A stretch of 62,375 bases of DNA, filler included, from Chiloscyllium plagiosum (taxonomy: Eukaryota), in the NCBI RefSeq assembly GCF_004010195.1. It is 4 parts of one record of this genome, joined end to end, with 100 filler letters (N's around TTAATTAATTAA, not from the genome) between each part and the next. Parts side by side here need not be neighbours in the genome. Positions count along the whole stretch, not along the records: positions 1 to 22,668 come from NC_057717.1; 3 more parts are not named here. The stretch is one strand, 5' to 3'. The notes under the pieces are model-generated. The model saw only the letters and a program-made list of their open reading frames with translations. It was not told the DNA's origin and did no database searches. The position numbers were made by a program, and so were the translations under genes. This document shows positions 1-11,544 of this stretch, piece after piece (position 1 is the first letter of the stretch; every line of letters begins with the position of its first letter).

Positions 1-105
1 TTAGGTACATTACTCAGAGGGAAATGGGACTGGGTGGGTTAATCTTAGGAGGGTCGGTGCGGATTTGTTGTGCCGAAGGGCCTGTTTCCATACTGTAGGG
101 CATCT
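1..105 (+). mobile_element. 3' part of a tRNA-derived SINE (HE1/V-SINE-like)
   Basis: GGGTCGGTGCGGATTTGTTGTGCCGAAGGGCCTGTTTCCATACTGTAG tail, as in the fuller copies at ~35735 and 60029. Confidence 0.85.
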
Positions 106-129
106 CATCAAATTTAGATTTAATATTAT

Positions 130-480
130 GTAAAAAGGAAGGATTGGTGGATGAGATTTGCCTTGGAATAACCACAACATGCTGGAGTTTCACATTCAGA
201 TTGAAAGAGCGAAGACTGAGTCATACATGAGAGTTTTAGTGTTAGGCAATGATAATTATACTGGCCTAAGGAAGGATTTGGCTGTGGTGGTCTGGGGGGA
301 GAAAAGAACAGTCAAAGGCAGGACAGTTGAAGAAATTTGGCAAACAATTAGGCAGATACTAAAGACCGAACAGGAATCTAATTAAGAGAAAAATCATCCA
401 TATCTTGATAAGGAAATCAAGGATAACAAGAAGGAAAATCCCAGGGCATATCATACTGCACATGTTAGTCACACTGTGGA
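130..480 (+). mobile_element. Decayed CR1 LINE ORF2 fragment (end of the endonuclease/linker)
   Basis: Translation NHNMLEFHIQIER...NYTGLRKDLAVVVW resembles the SDHNMIEF...NY..MR.EL..VDW stretch of other CR1 copies in this window. Confidence 0.65.
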
Positions 481-489
481 GGATTGGGC

Positions 490-705
490 AAGTCAGTGGC
501 CTCTTGGTGTTATCACTGAATTCTGATGTGATAAACCCAGATAATGTTTGAGTGAACTGGGTTCAAGTCCTGCCACAACAAGTGGCGGAGCTTACATTTA
601 AATCTGGAATTAAGAGACTGATGGTGGTTATGAATCGATTGCCAAGAAATAGTCACCTGGTTCACTAATGTCCTTTAGGGAATGAAACTGCAATTCTCCC
701 ATAGA
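490..705 (+). mobile_element. Old tRNA-headed SINE fragment (Deu-domain/SacSINE1-like)
   Basis: B-box-like GGGTTCAAGTCC followed by CTGGTTCACTAATGTCCTTTAGGGAA. A related copy lies at 7629-8130. Family name is from memory. Confidence 0.6.
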
Positions 706-2134
706 TTCACTACTCTCAGGCTGAAGACGTTTCTCCTTATCTCCGTTCTAAACATTTTCTCTTGACTCTCAGGCTATGTCGTTGAGTCCTTTCTCTCCTA
801 ACAGTGGAATCAACTTCCCAACATCTACTCTGACCAGACAACCAGTATTCTGTATGCTTCAATTAGATCCACCTTCATTCTTATAAACTCCAGCGAGTAT
901 AGACCCAGAGATCTCATTTGTTAAGCTTTTCATTCCGTGGACAATTCTTATGAAGCCCCTCTGAACATGCACCGGGGAGTTACATCCTTCTTGAGTTATG
1001 GGGCCGAAAACGGTACATAGTACACCAAATGTGGTCTGACCAGAGTCTTATAGAACCTCAGAAATCCATCGCTGCCGTAATATTCAAGTTTTCTCAAAAT
1101 AACTGTCATCACTGTATTTGCCTTTATGACCAGAATGACCACCTGAAATAATAATCTTATGATGGACAATAATAAATTTACCATGGAGTTACAAAAATGA
1201 ACAATGATTAAAGCATGCTGGGAAGTAGAACCCAGCCTTGACCAAAGTCTCTGTGCTCATCCAGATGCTACAGAATCGGGACTGGCTGCAGCTACGCACA
1301 AATGGTTGCAAAGAAACCTGAAGCAACAGACCATGTAATACACACCTGAAGTTGGACCTGAATGAGACAATGGAATGTCGCCCTAGGGCCATCAATGTGA
1401 CAACACCTGGTTGAGTCTGATTGATCAAGGCAAATGAACCTGATCGTTTCATTGGCAGATCCTCCACACCCTCCCAAAAGGCGCGGAGGCATGGAAGGAT
1501 AAGAATCACCGTAAAACCCCTCAGAGAATGGTAACTCGAGAATAACCACTGAAAGAGAAGACACCTCTAAAACTATCAGAAGAACAAGAAGACTTCACCA
1601 CGTGGAATCCGGTCAACTTCTAGTGGGGTGGTATGTGATCATCCAAAGTTAAGTTAAACCATAAGATAATTTGTAGTGTTTTAAATTACGTTATAATACG
1701 TTTTATTGCTTGAATATTAATTGTGTTCAAAAAACAAATATTATTGTTTATAAGAGTTGACTCATTTCTTTTGATGACTATACGATTTCAAACACATTGT
1801 GCGGCAGAAACACCACCTTCCTAACTACTGACTCAACTTGCAAAATTACCTAGAGACAATCCTGGACTGGAACTTGCAACACTCTTTGTACTTCAGAATT
1901 CTGAATTTTCTCCCCAGGTATAAAATTGTCCATGCTTCTCTTCCTACTGAAGTGCACCATCGTGCACTTTCTCAGGTTGAACTCCATCTGCCACTTCTTT
2001 GCCCACTCTCCTATCCTGTTTAAATCTTTCTGCAGCCTCCCTGCCTCCTTAATGATACCTGTCCCACTACCTACCTTTGAATCATCTAAAAATCTCTCCG
2101 GAGTGCCCTTAGTTCCTTCATCTAGATTGTTAAT
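706..2134 (-). mobile_element. CR1 LINE RT/3' region, interrupted by a solo LTR
   Basis: Antisense RT motifs such as LRFYKTLVRPHLVY. The CR1 sequence is continuous across the 1125-1815 insert. Confidence 0.85.
1125..1815. mobile_element. Solo LTR-like insertion with 4-bp TSD
   Basis: Flanked by CCTT at 1121-1124 and 1816-1819. Ends are TATGAC...CACCA (degenerate TG..CA). It splits the CR1 sequence GTAGTTAGGAAGG|CAAAT. Paralog at 30800-31504. Confidence 0.75.
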
Positions 2135-3064
2135 NNNNNNNNNNNNNNNNNNNNNNNNNNNNNNNNNNNNNNNNNNNNNNNNNNNNNNNNNNNNNNNNNN
2201 NNNNNNNNNNNNNNNNNNNNNNNNNNNNNNNNNNNNNNNNNNNNNNNNNNNNNNNNNNNNNNNNNNNNNNNNNNNNNNNNNNNNNNNNNNNNNNNNNNNN
2301 NNNNNNNNNNNNNNNNNNNNNNNNNNNNNNNNNNNNNNNNNNNNNNNNNNNNNNNNNNNNNNNNNNNNNNNNNNNNNNNNNNNNNNNNNNNNNNNNNNNN
2401 NNNNNNNNNNNNNNNNNNNNNNNNNNNNNNNNNNNNNNNNNNNNNNNNNNNNNNNNNNNNNNNNNNNNNNNNNNNNNNNNNNNNNNNNNNNNNNNNNNNN
2501 NNNNNNNNNNNNNNNNNNNNNNNNNNNNNNNNNNNNNNNNNNNNNNNNNNNNNNNNNNNNNNNNNNNNNNNNNNNNNNNNNNNNNNNNNNNNNNNNNNNN
2601 NNNNNNNNNNNNNNNNNNNNNNNNNNNNNNNNNNTACATTACACAGTGTAAGATGAGGCCATCCAACCTTTCCAGCCTTCTGCCCAGCAACANNNNNNNN
2701 NNNNNNNNNNNNNNNNNNNNNNNNNNNNNNNNNNNNNNNNNNNNNNNNNNNNNNNNNNNNNNNNNNNNNNNNNNNNNNNNNNNNNNNNNNNNNNNNNNNN
2801 NNNNNNNNNNNNNNNNNNNNNNNNNNNNNNNNNNNNNNNNNNNNNNNNNNNNNNNNNNNNNNNNNNNNNNNNNNNNNNNNNNNNNNNNNNNNNNNNNNNN
2901 NNNNNNNNNNNNTGTGGACAAGACAATGCTGAGACTACATCGGATATATTGTGTGTAGTAATGAAACCCTAAACTGAAAGAAAAATATGCAATTGTTTCA
3001 GAAGCTTTTTACAGATGTTTCACTTTACTCTTTGCTAGCATGAAGGCCAAATGGAATTATAGTT

Positions 3065-3370
3065 TCATACAGCACGAAAACAGACCCTTCAGTCCAGCTC
3101 ATCTGTACCGACGAGATATTCCATTCTGATGTAGTACAATTTGCCAACATTAGACCATAGTGCTATAAACCCTTCTTATTCATACACCATTCATTGTCTC
3201 TTAAATGTTGTTATTGTACCAGCCTCCACCATTTTCGCTGCCAGCTCATTCCATGCACACACTACCCTCTGCATAAAAATGTTACCCTTCAGGTATCTTT
3301 ACAATTTTGCCCTTCCCACCTTAAATCTGTACCCTGTGGTTTTGTCTCCTCCGGCCTTGGAAAATAACCC
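3065..3370 (-). mobile_element. CR1 LINE 3' end fragment
   Basis: ACAGCACGAAAACAGACCCTTCAGTCC...ACTACCCTCTGCATAAAAATG is the antisense CR1 terminus. Paralog at ~20487-20800. Confidence 0.7.
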
Positions 3371-3431
3371 CGCCTCTAAGCCCCTCATGGCCTCTACAAG
3401 GTCGGACCTCTTCATGCTTGAGAATGAGAGA

Positions 3432-4163
3432 TGTTCATATTAAACCACATAAGCCCGTGAGGAGAGTTTATTGGGACGTAGCTAATGGATGAGAGAATAA
3501 AACTAAGGATTCAGTTTTAGAAATCAACATACTTATTTTAATACAGGTACTATGAAGACATAAATTTATTGTTCAAAAATTATGCAGACACATATACACA
3601 TGCCTTCAAATTATAAATTACAAATCATTTCAAAATGGAGCAGGTAACAGGGATGGAGTCATGCAATCAGGGAAATGTTCAACCAGACCTGATATAGACC
3701 AGGTTGGTGGTCTGGTCACATTATTGCATGTTTCAGATCAGAGAGGGAGAAAATGTAACCTGTCGTAGAAACAAATAGCCATTGCTCCATCTCTACGTAC
3801 TTCCCTACAGCAACGCATGAGAGCTGAAAACCAATCAGCCATCTTTAACACTTTTTGAGGGTTACTGCTGAGGATTCATTGGGATCTCTCCACTGACTGC
3901 AGCAAAGGGAATTCAGCCAAACCTAACTGTTCCAGAAGAAATCCCAGCGCTAGCAGCTTCTGTAACGTTGCTTTGGTTTTAGATTAGATATTTTTAAAAA
4001 TTGAGGAAACCTATCTGACTTGTTCCTAACGCTGAACATGACCCAGTCTGAGACGGATATCATTTACAACATCACACACTGACTCACACTGACAATTTGT
4101 CGTGACCTCTCGAGGATTGGGACTAGAAAACGAAACAATGAATCTCTAACCTTGGTAGGAACA
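3432..4163 (+). mobile_element. Probable degraded solo LTR
   Basis: TGTT...GGAACA ends. The paralog (~20862-21837) carries a (GT)n tract and a polyA-signal-like AATAAA. No clear TSD, so boundaries are tentative. Confidence 0.4.
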
Positions 4164-4759
4164 GGGATAAGGAGGAATTTTCAAAAGGCTATTTTAGTGG
4201 GAATTTTCTGCCCCACAGATTTGTGGTACCTGTGTGTTTGCATTTACTCAAAGATGTGTTAGTTAAATATTTGACGGGAAAGTGACTCAAAGGTAATGAT
4301 CTGCAGTTGGGAACGTGGGACTGGAACAGCAATCTGATCAGTCACAAACTTAGTTCCTGGTGGGGCAGGGACCCACACCTGTTTCTCAGTTCTACTTTGC
4401 CCCATTCTATTCAGCCCCTCAATCTGCTACTCAAGAGCAGTTGGAGTCCACTTGCTCCTACTACCTGGTGCACAGAAACTGTGGTGACCATTCAGCCCCT
4501 AAATACAGTCAGACATGATTTGGTGTGGATTGGAAAACGCTCTTGCGAAAAGAGTGGGTGTTACTGTGGAACAGTCCCCTCCTCTCTCTTTACAGAAGTT
4601 CTCCTGGCTCCATTTATTGGTCATGTTGTAGACCTAGTTTCAAAGTGAATAATACCCCCATACTGTACCCAGATAGTGATCACAAATCCTCTGATCTCTT
4701 TGACTACAACAATCCTTCACAGGATTTCCAGAAAAATAACAACGATGAAACTTCCAATA

Positions 4760-5340
4760 ACAGAATGCAAGACCAAAAGAAGCAGGATAGGTCATTCAGC
4801 TCCTACAGCCTGCCTTTCCCTTTAATAGGGTCATGGCTGATCTGTTCTCGGCCCCAACTCACGCAGTGCCTGACGTGTCAAACATCCATCCATCCCTGTC
4901 TTTCAAGTATCTCAGTAATCTATCTCCCTTACCTCTCTGGAATAGAGACATGCCGACGGTCACTCCCCTCTGTGAGAAGGAAACACATCGCACGCATACA
5001 GCGTGACCTTTTGACATCAACAAAATATATGAACACCAGAAAAGGATGACTGGCCCTGATAACAAGACAGTATTTGGCTGATGATGGTATCGAGGAACCT
5101 GAAGAAAATGGAACTTAATGGATATTAGGAGGAACACCAGTTGGAGTGATTCAGCACAAAGAAGATGGCTATGGTTCTTGAACATCCACCACCTCAGTCC
5201 CGGGACATCTCTGTGGGAGATCCACAACACAAGCTTCCTCAGTTTCTTCTCAATGTCTTTCACCCCATCATAAGCTCAGAAGTGGGGAAGGTCAATGGAG
5301 ATCACACAATGTTCAGAATAATGTGCCCTCCCTCAGCACC
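4760..5340. mobile_element. Composite of a CR1 3' end (-) fused to an L2-like RT fragment (+)
   Basis: GGTCATTCAGC...CATGGCTGATCTG (CR1 tail), then GGACATCTCTGTGGGAG...CATCATAAGCTCAGAAGTGGGGA, homologous to the L2-like element at 42.3-43.0 kb. Confidence 0.65.
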
Positions 5341-5929
5341 TGTGTCCATGTTGTTCCTCCTGGCTCCATTGCTAATGGTACACAATTGATACATCAACTT
5401 GGTTTGCTGACAGTGACGAGAGAAGACAAATGTTTCATGTGAAGTCTCAAGGAAGCATCTTTCATCAATGAGAAGGTCGAATGGTGTTCTCTATGGAGGG
5501 CAGAAGCTATTGGGAATGGCTAACTTTTTCAGAAGTAGGGCATTGTCGCTGCTGAAAGAGTTGTGAACAATGTGATGCTCAGTGCAGGGGCAAACGCCAT
5601 TTGCACATTGAGGTGGTAAGAGTTCAGTCAGAGCCTGAAGCAGTCTCTCAACCAACATGAGAGCTCCACAGAGCTACATAAATTTCCAAGAAGCACGTAT
5701 CATGGGGAAATGCAATTTCTCATGCCAGCAATGCCTTTAAATGGAAATAATGCGTGTTCGTCCATGATCTTCAAGTTTCAATGTAATTAATTCGTATTCT
5801 CTCACCGTGCTACAAATTAAACATTCATTTCCTTCACGCTCTCTTCATGCTACCATCGTCCCAGAGATTATTGTGATAAAATAGCTTTGCTCTGTGACAA
5901 GGAGATAATTTATTTATAAAGGAGAGAAA

Positions 5930-6840
5930 GTCTATCCACAATAGCCCAAATACTGCCTCAACATCACTCCACAGCTCCTACACATGATTCATTTTGTAGT
6001 GAAGGCTGCCATTTAATTTTCTGTCCTGATTAATGGATGCCCTGCATCAATCCTGTTCGTGATGTCTGACCAAGGACATCCTGGTCCTTTATTGCTAAAA
6101 GCACTTCCCAACTTCTCACCTTCTAATAATTACATGAAAAGGATTGTATGCGTTGTTCACATTCAAATCACTTCGTTGTGTTACAAATAGCTGTGTTCCA
6201 AGCACTGATGCATGTGATAACCAATCAGTCATAACCTTCTGTCCAAAAGGAGGACCCTAGTCTCTGTGTTCTCTCCATCATCTAATTCTCAATCCATGTA
6301 GGATATTTCCCTGACCCAAGGACTGTAACTTTTCTTCAGTCACTTGTGTGCAACCGTGTCAACCTTCTTCTGAAAATTTAAATACGCCGTTCCCACTAGT
6401 TCTCACTCGTCGATGTCACAACCAACATCCTCCATAAACTCCAGTACGTTTTTCAAAGATAGTTTTCCTGTCCTGAATCTAGGTTGGCGCTGCTCAATCA
6501 TATCATTGTTCTCCAATGATCTATTTATGATTAATTACAAAAAAATGCTAATAGTTTCCTCACTAGTGACGTAAACCTATCCCCCAGTTGGTTTTCTGTT
6601 TTCACCCTCCGTCCTGTTGTAAATATGTGTGGTCGTAATAGCTGCTTTCTAGTATACAGGATCCTTTACAGAATCTATAGAGCTTTGACCACCCTCATAT
6701 AATTAAGGAAAACACAGGAAAGAAGGAAGCCATTGCCCCATCGTGTCTGAACCAGCTCCGAAAAGAGCTATCCAGCAAGCTGAATTCTCCAACCCTATCT
6801 CTGTACCCTCTAAACTCATCACTCATCTGGTCCAGCAGCT
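5930..6840 (-). mobile_element. Highly decayed CR1 RT and 3' fragments
   Basis: Antisense RT-region remnants (CCAAGCACTGAT..., AACCTTCTTCTGAAAATTTAAATAC) and a tail fragment at ~6710-6840. Confidence 0.55.
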
Positions 6841-7175
6841 TACCAACCTTCAACTCAATAAGTTTTTTCAAGTAATTAAACTTTACTAATTCTAAATTTC
6901 CTGAAGTTCCTCGCTTTTGCAGTCACCCTGTTCTCTAATACTTCCAAAAAGATTTTCTGAAACGTCTTCTGTTTGGACAGAACCAATATGTTAATCTGAC
7001 TGGACAGAGATGGCCTCTGTCACCTCGTGAATACGTGAGACTCTGGCATAATGGATATGTCCCCCATTCCTGTCTGGCAAATTCCAGAATCAAAATGGTT
7101 GATGGACATTTTGAGTGCAGTCCTCTCCCTGGTGTGATCTCCTCATTGTTGAAATAAACTGGCTTCACTCTTTAC

Positions 7176-7716
7176 ACCTGGGAAAGGTATACCATTGGGA
7201 AATATTTGTGGAAAGCTCATTAAGGATAGTGCAGTGCCCTGCTCCTCCCTATGTAGTCTCTGCAGACCCAGATACACTGTAAAATCTATCCCCATACCTT
7301 GCACAGAGTAGGAACACCAGGTTCTCTGGTCTCCCCGAATGTATGCAGCAACTGACAACACAAATCCAAGAAAACCATCCAGAGAAACTACACTGACTTT
7401 CTAATGTCAGGAGCAAGTCAATACTTACATATATGGCACACCCACTAATGTATGAAATGCCAACCTCTCCTCTGTTTCTATTCCTGGCTGATAAACTGTT
7501 ACATTTCAGTGCAGTCCCTGAAATATGAATAGTTCTGCTCTCCATGGAAATAGTTGACAATGTAACAGCACAATTTTCTGTACCTCAGTACAGATAACAG
7601 CAACACCGCTATTGATGGTGGAGGTGCTGGGGAGGTGATGGTCTAGCGGTAGTTTCTCTACACTATAAATTCTGAGATTTCCACACATATTTCCCAATGG
7701 TATACCTTTCCCAGGT
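7176..7716. repeat. 44-bp inverted repeat pair (arms 7176-7219 and 7673-7716)
   Basis: ACCTGGGAAAGGTATACCATTGGGAAATATTTGTGGAAAGCTCA versus the reverse complement of the right arm: 42/44 identical. Confidence 0.95.
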
Positions 7717-8135
7717 AATAACCCAAACCCGCACATCAATCCCGCCATATCAGACGCTGGAATTTGAATTCAATAAAATATTTGGAATTAGCAATCTAAT
7801 GAAATATTGATGGTTGTAAAAACTAAGAGCATCTGGCTCACAAGTGTCCTTCAGGGAAGGAAATTTGCTATCTTCACTGGTCTGGCCTACATGTGATTCC
7901 AGACCATCAGCAGTGGTAGACTCTCAAATGTTCTTTGCAATGGCCAAGTCTGATATTCAGTTATACACTACAAGGTCTCAAAGAAGTGAAACCAGACAGA
8001 CCTGAGCACAGCCAGTCTACAGCACGTCGACGCGCAGTGGTTCAGAGATGCAGTTCCCCAGCACTTTATCAAATCAACTCGGAAAGAGAAATAAATGCTG
8101 GCCCAGCCAACAACACCCATGACCCATTAATGAAG
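7629..8135 (+). mobile_element. Old tRNA-headed SINE with Deu-like core and L2-like tail (SacSINE1-like)
   Basis: A-box-like GATGGTCTAGCGGTA, core GTCCTTCAGGGAAGGAAAT...GGTCTGGCCTACATGTGATTCCAGACC, tail AATAAATGCTGGCCCAGCC shared with the L2-like 3' end at ~43750. Confidence 0.7.
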
Positions 8136-8289
8136 AAAAGAAGATGACCACGCCCAGCATGGAGAGATAGAGGGGACAGAACTCACTCGAAACAGGGACT
8201 TGGAGAAATATCGACATGGGCGTGACATTCAGGAATATTGGAAAAGGTGAAAAATAAATGAAAATGATCTCCCAATTTATTTCCATACC

Positions 8290-8520
8290 AGTTGATTATC
8301 CACAGTCCCTTTGTTTATATTTTTTGATGTCTCTATTTCGCCATATATTCAACACAATCCACCAGCACATATTACACTATTTCTCAGTTGCTTTCATGTC
8401 TGATGCATGGGGAGTGGACTCAAAATGCTAACTCTGTTTTTCTCTTGACAGAGGCTGCCAAACCTACTCCATTTCCCCAGCACTCTGTTTCCTTTTGGTT
8501 CAGAACCCCAGTATCTTTCT
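8290..8520 (+). mobile_element. Penelope-like terminal (pLTR) remnant
   Basis: CTGATGCATGGGGAGTGGACTCAAAATGCTAACTCTG...CCAGCACTCTG is a degraded version of the motif at ~47150 and ~62270. Confidence 0.5.
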
Positions 8521-8559
8521 TTATTTGATTTAACCTTTATTTTGTTATTTTATGGGACA

Positions 8560-8740
8560 TTGTCCCATCGAGTCCACACTGCCCCTCTGCAGAGCACTGC
8601 ACCCAGACCCACCTCATACCCTATTCTTGCATTTCCCATGGCTAACCCGACTCCTACCCTGTCCCTGCGTCTCCCATAGCTAACACACCTAGCTGCACAT
8701 GACGGGTAATTTAGCATGGTCTGTCTACTGAACCTGCGTT
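8560..8740 (-). mobile_element. Partial HE1-like SINE
   Basis: GAGTCCACACTGCCCCTC...AATTTAGCATGG, antisense to the SINE body. Confidence 0.6.
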
Positions 8741-8966
8741 CCTACTAAATTCCTTCTCTATATTCGCATTGACAAAGAGTTCGTTTCCTATGAGCAACTT
8801 GTGTAACACTCCATCCACCAGCAGTAATATTTACTCCCATTTAAACCGGTACATAAGATGCACAGCTGGCACTCTCTCTCAACAGCTACTTGGATGGACC
8901 AACACCAACTGGACTGGAACGTCTCAACTGCAAGTAATGCTGGTCTCGCTCCATTAAAATCCCAAA

Positions 8967-9735
8967 TGAACACAGAACATAGAACATAGAACAATACAGC
9001 ACAGAACAGGCCCTTCGTCCCATGATGTTGTGCCAAAAGTTTGTCCTAGCTTAAGGACACATCCATGTACCTATCCAATTGCCACTTAAAGTTCGCCAAT
9101 AATTCTTACTCTGCCACGCCCACAGGCAGCGCATTCCATGCCCCCACCACGCTCTGGGTAAAGAACCTACCCCTGACATCCCCCCTATACCTTCCACCCT
9201 TCACCTTAAATTTATGTCCCCTTGTAACACTCCGTTGTACCCGGGGACAAAGTCTCTGACTGTCAACTCTACCTATTCCCCGATCATCTTATAAACCACT
9301 ATCAAGTCACCCCTCATCCTTCCAATGAGAAAAGGCCAAGCAGTCTCAACCTATCCTCGCATGACCTATTCTCCATTCTAGGCAACATCCTGGTAAATCT
9401 CCTCTGCACCCTCTCCAAAGATTCCACATCTTTTTTGAAATGAGACGACCAGAACTGCACACATTACGCCAAATGTGGCCTTTCCAAGGTCCTGTACAGC
9501 TGCAACATCTCCTCATGACTCTTGAATTCAATCCGTCTGCTAATGAACGCTAATACACCATACGACTTCTTACAAGTTCTATCCACCTGAGTGTTTTCTT
9601 TCAAATAGCTATGAACATAGACCACAAGATCCCTCTGCTCTTCCACCTTACTAAGAACCCTACCGTTAACCCTGTATTCCACATTCTTATTTGTCCTTCC
9701 AAAATGGACAACCTCACACTTGACAGGGTTGAACT
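8967..9735 (-). mobile_element. 5'-truncated CR1 LINE, relatively young
   Basis: (AGAACAT)n tail at ~8975-8995. ORF 9464..9682(-) reads VEEQRDL...LQLYRTLERPHL. Very similar tail at 50893-51128(+). Confidence 0.9.
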
Positions 9736-11544
9736 AAAAAGAAATAAGATTTTCTGATAATTATTAAACAATGAGGGCATCTTATTGATCCAATGAGTTT
9801 GTCACTGTCGTTGATGTTGTGTGATCTATTTCCATGAAACCATTTCTTGCATAAATTGAAAGAATAAAAGCTCAGGTCACAGATACACGGTAACGCAACA
9901 TTTAAACGCAAAAGGCCAGGGAATTGTCGGCTATAGATCTTCAGGTAGCTAGAAATAAGGTTTTTTGGTGTTTTCTGGATGATGTAGTTGTATTGGGCTG
10001 GAGGGTCGGTTTGTATGCTGTATGACTGTCACTTTAATTGTTGGAAACAGAGAATGTGGTCTCACTATTTCCAAAGCTTGTGAGCATCAAATCGTGAGGA
10101 ATACAATTTAAAAGACACACAGGATTTGAAGCTTCATCATTCTCCCGTCACTATCAAATTGTTAAGAACCTCGTTTCTCTCTTTGTCATATACCTGTTAG
10201 TGTTCCTGCACACATGAATCTCCGGTGTCTATCACCATATTCTGAATAGAAATTAAACACAGGCAACAGAATGCTGGCCTTGGTAATGAAACGCACCTCA
10301 CAGGAACAACTGAAAGAAACCTGCTGTATTAAAGCTGTCCATTCGATTTCTAAAGCAGTTTCAAGCGAGGCTTTCCCTTTGTCCTGTGCTCCTGGCTTCG
10401 TTACAACATCATGAATCTTTCCTGAGTGCTTTGGAGTGCCATTTTAAAAGTCACATATGGAAAGCTGTGCCCAATAATCTAAAAGGAAAAGTCTTCATGT
10501 TCATGAGAAACGTGTCATATTTTTTTCGGAATCTAAAGAGAACAAAAATGTAGAAACTAGCATCAGGAGCAAGGAATCAAAACAGCTCGTTATGCGGTAA
10601 GGTCGTGGATGATCTGATTGTGACCGCAATCACACATTCCTCCTTTGCCCATCCAATGGTAGTGCGTCATACTTAGTCAATAATCTGCCTGCCTCTGCCT
10701 TAGGAATATTCAATGTCTTATTCTCTAATACTATCTGGGAAGAGAATTCTACAAAGACACAACACAATGAGATGATTACACCAAATCACCAACTTCTTAA
10801 CAGAGACATTCTTCAGTTTTATAATCCATCCAATCATTGCAATTTCTCGTACAAGCTGAAACATTGTTTCAGAATTCAACTTGAAAGATTACTTGGAATA
10901 TTCTGGGGTTCAAGAAGATCACATGTTATTCGCCTAAAGCCCAGCAGATCCAGGGCCATCAATTCAAGATTTCCTCCAGAAATATATGCAGCTCAGTGAA
11001 TCTTCTATGGATTGCATTTCATATCATTGTGGCCATCACTCTCTCGATGTGCTTGCACCATAACCTTGTATTTCTGTAGAAAATCGCCCCTACTTTTAAA
11101 TGTATTCTGTTTCAGAAAGTTTCAACATTTATCTTAACTCCCTAAAAGTTTGATGTACACATAAAGTTTTTATTTTGCAACCCAGGTGCCTGGTTCCTCT
11201 ATGCCTAAAGCCAATCTCTCTACTGAAATAATACATTACGTTTCCATTCAACCCGCCAATATCTTTGAGCGCAGACACATTTTTCCTACTATGTTCCACA
11301 CACTAATTGCCTGTTCAATTGGCCCAACCTATATCTTTTTATAGACTCATGTCCTCTTCATATCTTCTTTCTCCAACAGTTTCTTCCCTAATACAGACAG
11401 AATATTTGGCCAAAGAAACACCTGTGGCGACATTTCAAAGTAATTTAAAATGAAATATTTTTACTCCATGTCTAAACTATAAATTTAACATAAAGCTAAA
11501 GTGTGTTGCAGTCCTATCACTCAGTTACCATTACTCAATGTAGG

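Larger units (their letters stand above)
1..2134 (-). repeat. Segmental duplication: inverted copy of ~30481-32627
   Basis: The reverse complement matches 30481-32627 colinearly, including SINE, CR1 and LTR junctions. ORFs pair up: 158..385(+) with 32288..32470(-), and 1292..1564(-) with 31059..31337(+). Confidence 0.95.

Noticed and set aside
1926..2958. Long ORFs of 185-290 aa here and at 17359-18296 and 19990-20547
   Set aside because: Their length comes from runs of N.
4307..5049. ORFs of 113 and 174 aa preserved in both duplicate copies
   Set aside because: They overlap CR1 tail fragments. The copies are so similar that preservation is uninformative, a frameshift at ~22353 alters the second ORF, and no domain is recognisable.
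6923..7157. ~70-codon open + frame after a TTTTGCAG acceptor-like site (YFQKDFLKRLLFG...)
   Set aside because: There is an in-frame stop just after the acceptor, no recognisable family, and no donor or partner exon.
7176..7716. MITE interpretation of the 44-bp inverted repeat
   Set aside because: No TSD, and a SINE runs through the right arm. Kept as a templated-insertion finding instead.
10772..10999. 75-aa ORF repeated at 23317..23544
   Set aside because: It lies in a near-identical duplicate, the differences include several amino-acid changes, and it has no recognisable motif.
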